From assembly GCF_001194135.2 (NCBI RefSeq), contig NC_068982.1, forward strand, positions 84,990,409-85,054,408: 64,000 bases of DNA, in the 5' to 3' direction. The DNA is from Octopus bimaculoides (Eukaryota). The notes below the pieces were generated by a model. The model ran no database searches. It was not told the origin of the DNA and saw only the letters and a program-made list of their open reading frames with translations. Made by a program: the position numbers and the translations under genes. The stretch's first letter is position 1, and each line of letters starts with the position of its first letter. Below are positions 49,067-61,449 of the stretch, piece by piece.

Positions 49067-52000
49067 ATGGTGATTAAGTTAAGGTGTGTAAATGTGCATG
49101 GCCTTGGGTCGAAATAGAAGCAAACATGCCTCCTAGATGACCTCAGGTCACGAGAGTTGGATTGTGTTGTGACTGAGTCTAAGTTGAACAGCCAACAAGC
49201 GTTCTCGCCTCTTCTGAACGACTATGAGAAATTTATTTCTCTGAGTCAAGGAAGGGGAGGAGGCATAGTGGTGCTGTTCAAAAAAAGCTTGGATGTACAG
49301 GTAAGTACAGTCTTTCTAGACCCAGAAGGTAGGCTGGTCGTTCTAGATGTGACACATGTAAGTAAACAGTCCTTCAGGTTGGTAGCAATCTATACTCCAA
49401 AAGAGGATAAACGGTTTTCTTTCGAGACTTGGAAAACTTCCTAGTAACGCCAAAAACTTTAATTTTAACAGGAGACTTTAACACTATTCTCAATGTGTGA
49501 GTGGATAGTGTAGGCTCGACTAATAGAAAGGGAAGCCCTGGCCTAAAGAGACTACTAGCGAGCTATAAACTAGTAGACTGGTACAGACTGGATGAACTGC
49601 TCGTTCCACAGTGGACGTGGTCTAATAATGACGGTTCACTCAGGTCTTACTTAGAAAGGGTTATCATAAAAGATAGTGATAGAGATATAGTTAGTCGTCC
49701 ACATTTTCATTATACTTCCTACACAGATCACAAATTTGTGACATGTGAGGTAGCTAAGTGTCATAGACAGGGACCCGGGTACTGGAAGATGAACAAGCCT
49801 AGTAAAGTCTAGTAAAGTCTTTTGTACCCGGGTTAAGGAGTTAGTGCAGAGGGCATTATGCAGAGCTATCATAAACAACAGATAGTGGTGCACCCTCAAA
49901 TGAGCCATTTGTTTAGTCTCTCAAATTTAGTAAAGAGCTAAGTTTAGAGGGGACTAGAATAGAAGGGCAGTTAACTAAGGAATTAGAGGAGGCCATAGCA
50001 TCTGTCTCTGTATCCAGAGTGTTGGCGGCGAGAACAGTATTATTCCGTCACCTCCAAGCCAAACATGAAAGGTGTAGCATCAGGGCTAAGTTACGCGCGG
50101 TGGGCAGAGAAGGTATTAACGTTACTGGATGGGCCTGTCAGAGAGTCAGAGAAGCAGAAAAGCCTCTCTACAGTCTTTAATTGACGAACAGGTGCATATG
50201 ATTGGAGGACAGGAGGAGATGCAGAAGGCCTTTCATCAGCATTTTGCCTGGTTGTTTGGGATGAGTGAAGCGTTGGACCATAGGGAGCCCTTAAGGGATT
50301 TCCTGGCCGATGGGCCGCAACTCAAAGCGTGTGAAGCAGAGTGGTGTGAAGAGCCGATCACAGCTGCGGAGGTTGAAGAGGTGCTGGCCGAATGTGCTTG
50401 GGACAAGTCGCCGGGACTGGATGGTCTACCCTATGAGTTCTATAGCAGTATGCCGGACTTGTTCGGACACTTGCTGGCTTGCGTGTACACAAACTGGCAA
50501 CAGAATGGGAGAATTCCCAGCTCTGTGAGTCGGGGAGGTGGAATGTTGTGAAGGGCTGATTACAGCTGCAGAGGTCGAGGAGGTGCTGGCCGAATGCGCC
50601 CAGGACAAGTCGCTGGGGCTGGATGTTCTGCCCGAGTTTTGTAGTAGTATGCTGGACTTGTTCGGACACTTTCTGACCTGCGTCTACATGAACTGGCAAC
50701 AGAATAGGAGACTTCCCAGCTCTGTGAGTCGGGGAGTGGTGATGCTGATCAGAAAAGACCTGAGCAAGGGGGAACATATTAGTAACTTTAGGCCCATAAC
50801 TCTACTGAATGTAGAGTTAACGATTTTGGCCAAGGTGTTAGCAAAAAGGTTGACACGTGTTGTGGAGAAACTTGTAGGGAAGGCACAAACTTGTGCCATC
50901 CCTGGCAGGTCAATCCAGGACAATCTTCATCTCTTATGCTACACTTTAGACATTGTGGGTAAAGTATTCGGTAAAGATGGGGCATTGGTCCATTTAGATC
51001 AAAGCAAAGCTTATGATAGGGTAGACCATCAGTACCTGGTGGCAGTCCTTGAGGTAGCTGGGCTAGGCCCAGATTTCCGCGGTTGGATCAAAGCCATGTA
51101 TGGTGACATCAGATCCACAGTCTAAATAAACGGTTACCTGTCGGTTACCTATCCAACGCTCGGGTCGTCAAGGGTGCTCCGTCTTCACTTCTGTATGTAC
51201 TGACTCTTGAGCCATTGCTGCGGAAGTTGGAGAGTTGGTGGTGCATCCCAAATTAAATCGGATGTGGTAAGAGTGTCTCTGCATATGCGGATGATGTCAC
51301 CATTACCATATCCAAGATGACTCAGCTACCTTGCATAGCGGATGCAATCAGAAGATACGAGGTAGTGGCAGGGGCAAAAGTTTACAAGGACAAGTCCGTC
51401 GGTTTGTGGCTCAGCACCTGGAGCAGCAAGCCGATAATGTCCAGTGTCATCGGGCACTGGACAGTTGGTCCTGTTAAGTTACTTGGAGTTTGGTTTGAAA
51501 GGGAGGGTGGAGGTGGTGCAGATGTTTATTGCTTCTGTTATCACCTACCGTCTGACCATTGTCCCTTGCCCCGATTTGTGGCTATACAAGTTGGTATGAA
51601 TTCTCTTCCGCTTTTTGTGGAGGGGACTGCCAAGAACCACTAAAGGGTGGGTTAGGGATGCCGTGGTTATTGATGTGCAGAGTGGCACTGAGACTAAGGC
51701 ATCTCTGGCTCTACCTGGATGGTGGTCAGGTGTGGAATTTGCTTGCAGGGAAATTCTTTCCACGACCAACTTCCTTTGAGGAATTTACACCCAGTTTGAT
51801 AAAAAGACAGAACACGAATGAATGGCAAAAGGAATGCCGGCAGGCACTCGTGCTAATCCACAAGACGGGCAAGGCCAGCAGCGGAAATACCACCTCTGCA
51901 TTTTATAAAGGGTTGGTAGAATGTAAGAGCGATGACGTCCTAGGAGAGACTCTGGGGCTCAACAAGAACCAGCTCGCCAAACTGTTTCAAAACACCTTCA

Positions 52001-52506
52001 GGGCAGGGTATTTGGATAATTACCAAAGATCTCTGACCTGGCAGTGCTTTAGGAATGTGTTACCTGTCCGCGAGAAATTGTCCAGGCACAGATTATCAGT
52101 GCCACCAGAATGTCCGAGGTGTGGGCAGGACAAGGAAACTATCCTGCATGCTCTTGTACAGTGCCAACAGCTTTTGGAATTGACAATTTACGTAGAACAC
52201 GTGCTGGCGCACCTGGGAAGAGTACAGCTTTCAGCGGAGTCTGTGATAAAGATTGTACTGCCAACCAGACTATCAAAAGGTGATGCATGTTTTCTGTGTA
52301 CAGTTGCAATAATGAAAGAGTGTGCATGAAGAAGATTGCAAGGAATCAAGACAGGATCCTTCATCTCCAGCACTGGACTGTTATATTACTTCAGGTACCA
52401 CCAGAAGAGCAAGACAGGGCTGGAGCGGAGGCACCTGTCGCAAAGCTTATATGAGAAAAGATGGTAGGATGTTGCAAGGAAGTTGGGAGTAACTGTCCCT
52501 ACTTAA
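49067..52506 (+). pseudogene. Tx1 ORF2 (APE endonuclease + RT + Cys-rich end), disrupted
   Basis: CVNVHGL, GDFN, YTDHKFV, GPGYWKMN, KSPGLDGLPYEFY, NFRPITLLN, LDQSKAYDRV, AYADD (about 51284) and CPRCGQDKETILHALVQC. Confidence 0.92.
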
Positions 52507-52708
52507 TTCCACCCATGGTAAAGGCATGGTGTAGTCGCTGGTTACCCAGCCAAATTTTGCGAACAAGTCTATATAAATTTTAAAATTATAATCTGTACAT
52601 AAAATTTATCCAATTTTTAACATAAACTTACTAAGCTTATCCAAATGTTTGTAACGTCCTCTATTGTCCCTCTATGTAACGATATTTGCTTATCATAATA
52701 AAGAAACA

Positions 52709-52929
52709 AGCTGGTGATTGCCACACACTGGAGATGGGTAACTACCCAGAAACCCAGATCTGTGTATATCACATAAGGCTAGAGATGGGAGGGATGACCT
52801 CCTCTCACAAATACTAATCAGACACAGACAGTGTGTTGTTAGCCAGCTGGAGATGTCTTCCTGGAGCTAAAAGCAACAGTAACATCCTCCTCTATGGGAC
52901 CGCCACATTTAGTTGGCACATATATTTTA

Positions 52930-52935
<6 letters not shown>
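52709..52935 (+). repeat. Remainder of HHR repeat unit 2, with a degenerate HHR at 52722-52766
   Basis: cacaca-CTGGAGA-TGGGT aact ACCCA-GAAAC-CCAG-ATC-tgtgta. It continues colinear with 46952-47135. Confidence 0.85.
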
Positions 52936-52962
<27 letters not shown>

Positions 52963-53921
52963 NNNNNNNNNNNNNNNNNNNNNNNNNNNNNNNNNNNNNN
53001 NNNNNNNNNNNNNNNNNNNNNNNNNNNNNNNNNNNNNNNNNNNNNNNNNNNNNNNNNNNNNNNNNNNNNNNNNNNNNNNNNNNNNNNNNNNNNNNNNNNN
53101 NNNNNNNNNNNNNNNNNNNNNNNNNNNNNNNNNNNNNNNNNNNNNNNNNNNNNNNNNNNNNNNNNNNNNNNNNNNNNNNNNNNNNNNNNNNNNNNNNNNN
53201 NNNNNNNNNNNNNNNNNNNNNNNNNNNNNNNNNNNNNNNNNNNNNNNNNNNNNNNNNNNNNNNNNNNNNNNNNNNNNNNNNNNNNNNNNNNNNNNNNNNN
53301 NNNNNNNNNNNNNNNNNNNNNNNNNNNNNNNNNNNNNNNNNNNNNNNNNNNNNNNNNNNNNNNNNNNNNNNNNNNNNNNNNNNNNNNNNNNNNNNNNNNN
53401 NNNNNNNNNNNNNNNNNNNNNNNNNNNNNNNNNNNNNNNNNNNNNNNNNNNNNNNNNNNNNNNNNNNNNNNNNNNNNNNNNNNNNNNNNNNNNNNNNNNN
53501 NNNNNNNNNNNNNNNNNNNNNNNNNNNNNNNNNNNNNNNNNNNNNNNNNNNNNNNNNNNNNNNNNNNNNNNNNNNNNNNNNNNNNNNNNNNNNNNNNNNN
53601 NNNNNNNNNNNNNNNNNNNNNNNNNNNNNNNNNNNNNNNNNNNNCTGTTTCTAATTGTATTAACATATATAGATATAGAAAATATCATTGAAATTAATAT
53701 TTCTGAAAATATGTTAACACGTTAAGGCAATCCAAAGCTAGTGAAATTCAAATTAAACAAATGTAACTTAGTGATTTGGTAAAAGAGACTGACAGAATAA
53801 GCACCAGGCTTAAAAAATAAGTAGTGAGATCAATTTGTTCAAAACTAAACCCTTCAAAGCAATGTGCCAGCATGGCTGAAGTCCAATGACTGAGACAAGT
53901 GAAAATATAAGATAAATTGAT

Positions 53922-55070
53922 ATCATCATCATCATCGTCGTCGTTTAACATCCGCTTTCCATGCTGGCATGGGTTGGACAGTTTGACTGAGGGCTGGCAT
54001 GCCAGAAGGATGCACCAGACTCCAATGTGATCTAGCAAAGTTTCTATAGCTGGATGCCCTTCCTAATGCCAACCACTCCAAGAGTGTAGTGAGTGCTTTT
54101 TACATGCCACCGGCACAAGGGCCAGTCAGGCGGTACTGGTATTGACCATGCTCAAATGGTGCTTTTTACGTGCCACCGGTACAGGAGCCAGTCAGACAGC
54201 ACTGGCAACGATCACGCTCGAATGGTGTCTTTTATGTTCCACCGGCACAGGAGCCAGTCAGGTGACACTGGCAACGATCATGCTCGAATGGTGTTTTTAA
54301 CATGCCACTGGTACAGGTACCAATCAGGCGGTACTGTCATCGGTCATGACAATGATTTCACTTACCTCAACAAGTCTTCGCAAGAGCAGTTTATTGCCCG
54401 ATGATTGAAGGGTACTCTTAAATGGGCTAGTTATGCTACACTGGCAGAGGCCACGGTTATGGTCTCACTTGGCTTGCCAGGTCTTCTCAAGCACAGCATA
54501 TCTCCAAAGGTCTCGGTCACTAGACATTGCCTCGGTAAGGCCTAATGTTCAAAGGTCGTGCTTCACCACCTCATCCCAGGTCTTCCTGGGTCTACCTCTT
54601 TCACAGGTTTCCTCTACTGCTAGGGTGTGACACTTTTTCACACAGCTGTCCTGTTTCATTTGCAACACATGACCATACCAGTGCAGTTGTCTCTCTTACA
54701 CACCACATCTGATGCTTCTTAAGTACAACTTTTCTCTCAGGGCACTTACACTCTGTTGTGTATGCACACTGACATTACACATCCAGCGGAACATACTGGT
54801 TTCATTCCTTGCAAGCTTACATATGTCCTCAGTAGTCATGGCCCATGTTTCACTGCCATGTAGCATGGCTATTCCCACACATACATCATGCAGTCTACCT
54901 TTTACTCTGAGTGAGAGTCCCTTTGTTACCAGCAGAGGTAGGAGCTCTCACAGCTTTGTCCAGGCTATTCTTATTCTAGCAGCTACACTATCAGAGCATC
55001 CACCCCTGCTACTGACTTGATCACCTTGGTAACGGAGGCTATCAACTACTTGTAGTTTTCCCCCTAGAAT
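53922..55070 (-). mobile_element. RTE LINE 3' fragment with minisatellite 3'UTR
   Basis: VVDSLRY.GDQVSSRGGCS, MLHGSETWAMTTED...WYGHV and a (GAT)n tail. Confidence 0.88.
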
Positions 55071-55075
55071 GTGAC

Positions 55076-55152
<77 letters not shown>

Positions 55153-55602
55153 CATACATACACCCATACACACACACACACACACACACATTAATAGATT
55201 TTCTGAAAGACTCTCAAGATGCCTACATACATATAATTGTACTTTTGCATAATGCAGTAGGAATGAATTTTAGTAACTGTTAACATAATTTACTTTAAGG
55301 TATGGATGACTTAAGTTTAGCATTAACTTCCCCATTATCATAAACACCAAGTAGCTATTTAACTCGCTATGTGAACATGTGTGCACCAAACCACACATGT
55401 GCATATACTTACATCTTTGTGAACGCTTGTATGAGCATGTGTACATGTACCATGCAGCTTTCGTGAGGGTGTTTATACATCCATATCTGTTAATAGTAAC
55501 TTTTAATACTTTTCTCGTATTGCATGTTCATTTCTTTTTCGCATCTGTTATTTTATTATGATCTAAATAAATAAATGAATTTGTGTGTGTGTGTGTGTGT
55601 GT

Positions 55603-55914
55603 GGAGGCGCAATGACCCAGTGGTTAGGGCAGCGGACTCGTGGTCGGAGGATCGTGCTTTCAATTCCCAGAGAGGGCATTGTGTATGTTTATTGAGCGAA
55701 AACACCTACAGCTCCACAAGGCTCCGGCAGGGGATTGTGGCGACCCCTGTTGTACTCTTTCACCCCAACTATCTCTCACTCTTTCTTCCTGTTTCTTAAG
55801 TAACGCTGCGATGGACTGGCGTCCCATCCAGCTGATGGGGAACACACACGCCATAGAATCCGGGAAATCAGACCCATGAGCCTGGCTAGGCTTTAAAAAG
55901 GGCGCATAAATAAA
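55603..55914 (+). mobile_element. tRNA-derived SINE (family C) with a V-domain-like segment
   Basis: A-box tgacccagtgg, degenerate B-box, ctgcgatggactggcgtcccatccag (recalled V-SINE motif) and a (TAAA) tail. Confidence 0.7.
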
Positions 55915-57149
55915 TTTTTTAAAAAATATATATATTTAATTTGCTGCTTTTCTTTACATGAAATCAGAAGATACATTGTGGAACTCTTATTTTAATGAGT
56001 TATATCTATTTATCTCCAGAAGTGACACATCTGCACTATCATATACACCTGAACCAGTTTCACACTCATGAGGAATCGATGCTGGATGTGTCAAACAATT
56101 GTAGTGATTAATAAAAGTTCTCATATCTTTCATCTCCTGTCTTTCATTTATCATACACACATACACACACTCACACGCAAACACATTATATCAGTCAGTA
56201 GTTCATATATCCAAAAAAGAAGCACACTCTAAAACATTAAAGCAGTAGTATATTTAGAAGGTTGCTTGTCATGACCTGTCAGAGTGACCGTTGGTTTCAC
56301 ACCTATAAAGCACTTATAAGATTCAAATGGTCAGAAACACATAACCTTTCTACAACTGGAGGGAGGAAAACATCATGGTCAATTAATTTTGCAAACAAAA
56401 TATTCCTGGAATGAAACCCTAACATTACAGTTTTGTGGAAGGTGAAGTTGTCCACCATACATCAGTTACAGCCTTGTCAACAACTACTACTTTTGAAATT
56501 AGTAGTGATTTCCTAGTTTGCAAATGCAGAATTTCATGTTTGCAACAAGAATTTCTGTGATGAGCATTAACTAAAAACTTTGTTTTTGGAGTTTAAAATG
56601 GGCTCCAGATCAAGTGAATTTTTCAGGACCCTTGCGCTTTTGACCAAGTAAAGCTTTCATCATTTGCTCCCTTTGAGATATGGCTGTGGTTGTTCTAGAA
56701 GCCTCCATTTAATTATGTATGGTGTACCCTCCTCTTTTAAACACCATACATAGCTGACCAGGGACATGATGTTACACTTTTCAGTTATCCTAAAAGAGGA
56801 CCTTGGGTTACTCAGATGCTGCTTGAATGGGTCACTTGTGAAACTGACATATTTCCATGTCTATGCTCTTGTGCTGGTGGTGTTAGCCAGTTGTTGTTAC
56901 TGCTGATGTTACTGTCACAGATGGGCCTAATGCAGGCACCGACTCTGTTGTTTCTGGTGTCACTGATATTGCTGCTGCTGTTGCTGTTGTTTTATCAGTG
57001 AATGTGTTGTTGGTGTCATCGCTGCAGTTGGTGCCAATGCTGCCACTATGGTCATCAGTGCGAGTCACCACCTCAGGTTTATATACTACACTGGGCATTC
57101 ATTGTAAACCCTAGATGCGCATCATGCCTCTGCTTGTGGTTTAGAGGTG

Positions 57150-58345
57150 TTCCTAATATGTTTTTGACATTGAGCATACAACTGAAAGAGACTCTTAAGT
57201 TGTGTCTATTAAGCAAACACCTGTACATGTGACTGTATACTTTACTTTGTCACACAGGTAGAGCTTTTTCAAGAAACATATTGAATATCTTTTTGGTAAG
57301 GATTTTCTACTTGATGTTGGAGTCATCTTTAAGTTTCCACATTTATGGTGAGAAGGTTGTTGCATGTCACTTCTCAAGGTGTTTAAAGGTTGAAAGATGG
57401 TTGTTGCATCTGGATTTAAATCTTTCTTCCACTGATCAAATATAATGCTTAGTCAGTGTTCAACTGATACCATAGTTTGCTGATACCTGTGCTTCATAAA
57501 CAATAGAAGATATATCACATGCTTATGCTAGGGGACATTCAGATTTTGCAAACAAGTCTATATATATTTTTAAATTATAATCTGTACATAAAATTTATCC
57601 AATTTTTAACATAAACTTACTAAACTTGTGTATTGAGGACAGGTTTGAGTCATTGGTTGTTTATTAATAAAAGTCTTTACATTAGAGAGTCAAGAAAAAG
57701 TTATTTAATGTGCAAGAATCTTCTACCTATATTTGTCCTAGCATTTAGGAAGAAGTGGGGAGCAAACCATATAACTTTACAAGATCAATTCTGATGACTA
57801 GATGATTGAGGAGGTGGAGGGTTATAAAAGATTTTATAAGTAAAACTGCCATCCTGTAGAGCCTTATTATAAATATGGGGAAGCCTTTTCAAATATTTCT
57901 TTAGATGAAGAAAGGCATGCAATCCTACAGCTAATGTTCAGAACTAAGTTCTTAAATACAATAGGTGGGTGGCAAGGAGTGTTTGTTAATATATTTCAGA
58001 TTTTCATTAGGCTTGTGGAAGGGCATATAGGAACTGTTTTTGAAACCTAAGGAAACATCTAAAAAGTCAGTTAGGTTAGTGTCATTAAAGATGATGAACA
58101 AAACAAGATTTTAAGCTCTAAAGAACTAAAGACTGAAATCAACTGTTTTCTAAAGAAATTATAGTGTGGCCAACACAATTATGTGACATTGTCAAAGCAT
58201 CATTCTGAGATATACTGATGCTATGTTTGGGGAATTTCGAATTTAGATGGTCTAATCTGTATAAATCAACCAAATTGCATATATCTGCATTATTATATGA
58301 ACCCACTGTGACATGGAATAGTTTACCTGGCTTATCCATCATTAA
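57150..58345 (-). mobile_element. Penelope-like element fragment (RT and GIY-YIG)
   Basis: LFHVTVGSYNNADICNLV.LY.L, TDFLDVSL..K...Y.PFHKPNENLKYINKHS and RFKSRCNNHLSTFKH...MWKLKD. Confidence 0.78.
57540..57627 (+). repeat. Orphan copy of a Tx1 3'UTR segment (matches 52551-52638)
   Basis: The shared core aattataatctgtacataaaatttatccaatttttaacataaacttactaa is identical. Confidence 0.85.
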
Positions 58346-58418
58346 ATAACAGTGTCTTACATGTGTGCATAATGACCTTTATTTATTTATTTATTTGTTG
58401 GTTGTGTTGTTGTTGTTG

Positions 58419-58471
<53 letters not shown>

Positions 58472-58629
58472 CTCTTTCTCTTTTTTAATTTAGAATAAAG
58501 TTTGACTGCCCACCTGCTAGGTAGCAAAGTTGTGAAAGAAAGCATCTTGTTTTGTTCATCATCTTTTAAATTTTAAGTTCCTACAGATTTTTATAGACCC
58601 AGATATCGTGATCATTTGTATGAATTAAA

Positions 58630-59760
58630 GATTTGTGTTCTCTCCTCAAGAACCCAAATTCAGCCATACATTGCTACAGATGGGTTGGTATGTATCCTGT
58701 TGCTCCTGTATCTTAGGTACTGGATTTGTAAGCTCCTTATTAATGGTCCATAGATATCCTCTTTCTCTTGTATTTTTGCAACCAAGGGGCAGCTGATTTC
58801 CACAACAGAAACATATTTTTCCTTGAGGTCCCACACAATATCTGGCTGGTTGTGTTTTAACTTTGTGGCTGTTTTAATTTTTAAATTCCACCAATATTCT
58901 TTTGACCCATCAGTCTCAGTATAGTCAACTTCATCTGAATCTTCCTTTTTGTTATCCTGTTCCAGACCATTTTGGCCACCACTGCATCATGCCTCATGGA
59001 AAGATAATATCTGGAAGATACTCTCTCACAGTTGACAATAACATGGTTGCTGTCTTCAGTCTTGATCTTGCACAACCTTCATTTGTTGTCTGTCAACATT
59101 TTCTGCGTCTTATGCTGTAGGTACTTAGTGATCTCTTGTCCTTGAATTACATGGAGGTAGCCTTCAAAGTGGGATGTCATGAAATTTTTGGTATTCCATG
59201 CCAAGCTTTTGACATGATCAATCCCTTCTATGGTTTGTGAAATGATTCATTTTTTTCTTATTTTGTTCTTCAAATAAATAGATTTTACCAATGCTCCTTG
59301 AAGAGAGATCTGTATCACCTCTAATTTTATACCTGTCCTCAAGTTCATTGGCTATCCTAATCATGTTATTGCTTTCACAGTTGCAATCTTGTGCAAGATC
59401 TCTTTCCTCTGCTGCAGATGTTCCAGTGTCACAATATGTGCTTCATATGACATCAATATAGATTTGAGACCACGGCAACAATCCTTGTGTGGTGAGTATA
59501 GCCTGTCTACATCTCCACTGATGTTGAAGTTTGTTGTAACACTGAGCAGCTTGTGAGTTTGAACATTTATCTCAATGAGTTTTTGTAGCGACCAGTTCAG
59601 AAGGCCAAATGTAGGTGTGAGGACAGGCACTGCAAAGGTGTTGTGGGCAATATGCTTGTTGTAAGCAGAGAGTTCTGATGACCATATGTTCTTTCCATTC
59701 TTGTGGTATACAATGTGATGTATGCATGTTCTCTATTTTTAATTATTTAAATTCTTCCTC
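58630..59760 (-). mobile_element. R4/Dong-like non-LTR element 3' fragment (RT end, CCHC, RLE)
   Basis: NTFAVPVLTPTFGLLNWS...VDRLY...RGL and NHVIVNC..VSSRYYLSMRHDAVVAK, plus a decayed RLE. Confidence 0.75.
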
Positions 59761-59774
59761 TGATGGCCTTCGTA

Positions 59775-60090
59775 GGATTTTCGAGCGAGATCATTGCCAG
59801 TGCCCCTGGACTGGCTCTTGTGTGGGTGGCACATAAAATACACCATTTTGAGCGTGGCCGTTGCCAGTACCACCTGACTGGCCTTTGTGCGGGTGACACG
59901 TAAAAGCACCTACTACACTCTCTGAGTGGTTGGTGTTAGGAAGGGCATCCAGCTGTAGAAACTCTGCCAAATCAGATTTGGAGCCTGGTGTTGCCATCCG
60001 GTTTCACCAGTCCTCAGTCAAATCGTCCAACCCATGCTAGCATGGAAAGCGGACGTTAAACGATGATGATGAGGAGGAGGAGGAGGAGGA
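59775..60090 (+). mobile_element. RTE 3'UTR / SINE-like tail
   Basis: Matches 31550-31880, with a (GAT)n(GAG)n tail. Confidence 0.85.
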
Positions 60091-60289
60091 ATAAGCTGGT
60101 TTCGAAAAAAGATACAAAATCCCACCATTGGAATGTAGATAATGAAAACAATGTCACATTTTAAACCTGAGAAAAGTCTTCTATATTTTTACTATTCCAC
60201 TTATAGATTGCATTTGTAATGTGTGAGTAAGCTGGTTGTTTTTTTTTCTTCTGAAAATCCAAGTTTATCCAAACTGTCAGTTAAGCATT

Positions 60290-61445
60290 TACACATAAAA
60301 CCAAGTGCAACAATTATTATTGGTATAAATGTAAATTTCTGATCTAGTTATGGAAGCTGGGTGTTTCAAAGCACTTGTCCATGGTTATCTCTTTTCTCAT
60401 TGGTTTTTCAAAGAGGTATTTACTTAAGCAGGACCAGAGAACTCTATCACAGGACATATTTTTTCTTGTCTGCTCCAAACAACAATATCAGGCTTGTTAT
60501 GCTTACACTTGACAGATATTTTGATAGGAATGTTCTACCAGTATTCTTTGTGTTGATGTTTGTGTATATATTCAAAAACAGGGGGACTGTCTATATTTAT
60601 TCCACGACAGTCTTTTTTCAAGATGGCATTGTATACTGCCTTTGTGACAATGCTGCGTTGCATAGGGAGGTAGCACCTTGGTTACATTTTTGGACAGCTG
60701 CTAATCACATGTGATGTCTTTCACAGAAATATGACATAATTTCAAGCATGTTAGTCAGGCTGTTTTGAGGTTGTATGGGAGGTCATCAGGAATAGGAGTC
60801 CCTGAAAAGTTTGCTGCTGATATATAGGATACTATTCTCTTTCCTTTTCAGCACTATGTTATTGTATTTATTTTTAACTGCTGGTGTTTAGCAAGTGCTG
60901 TCTGAAAGAGATTGTGTGACACTCGAAGGCACTGATCTCCTTTATCTCTTCTTAGGTAGAGCCTGTTGACATCTGTGTTATTGTGGAAATTTGCAGTTGA
61001 AGTCAGTATCTTATGGGTTTTAATATCTATTGAGTGAATTTCTTCTACAGTCCAGTCAAGTATCCCAAGTGTTGGAATCAACAGTGGTACTGCAAATGCA
61101 TCATGGGATATTGTCTTATTGTAAGAGGAGAGTTCTAACTTCCATTTTTTTTCTAAGTCTGGCATAATATTCTCAAGTCATTCTATCTTTATTTACAATA
61201 CTTTTGTATGATATTTTTCCATCAATGCCTAGGTACTTGTAGCATTTTTTGTTCAGGACAGGAGAAATAGTGAGACAATTGATGCAGAGGATTTGGGTCC
61301 AGAGTACTAATTTTCTCCATTCAACAATCAAATATGAACATTTCCTTTGGCCAAATTCCAATCCTATGTCAGCTGAAAATGTTATTATTGTGTCGGCAAG
61401 AAAGTAATTTTGGTTTTTTAGTGTGAAATAAAAGTCATTTTTTTT
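60290..61445 (-). mobile_element. Second R4/Dong-like fragment
   Basis: SADIGLEFG..KC, YKYLGI, DAFAVPLLIPTLGILDWT...VNRLYL.R.KG and HMISSCPKM..RCYLPM. Confidence 0.75.
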
Positions 61446-61449
61446 CATA

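Larger units (their letters stand above)
47300..52708 (+). mobile_element. Full-length Tx1/L1-clade non-LTR retrotransposon (5409 bp), inactive
   Basis: 16-bp TSD AGCTGGTGATT(C/G)CCAC (47284-47299, 52709-52724). ORF1 has a CCHC knuckle. ORF2 is APE-RT-Cys. AATAAA at 52697. Confidence 0.92.

Noticed and set aside
56883-57098. Thr/Ser-rich mucin-like ORF
   Set aside because: Low complexity, interrupted by stops, no clear splice sites, and it abuts a PLE remnant.
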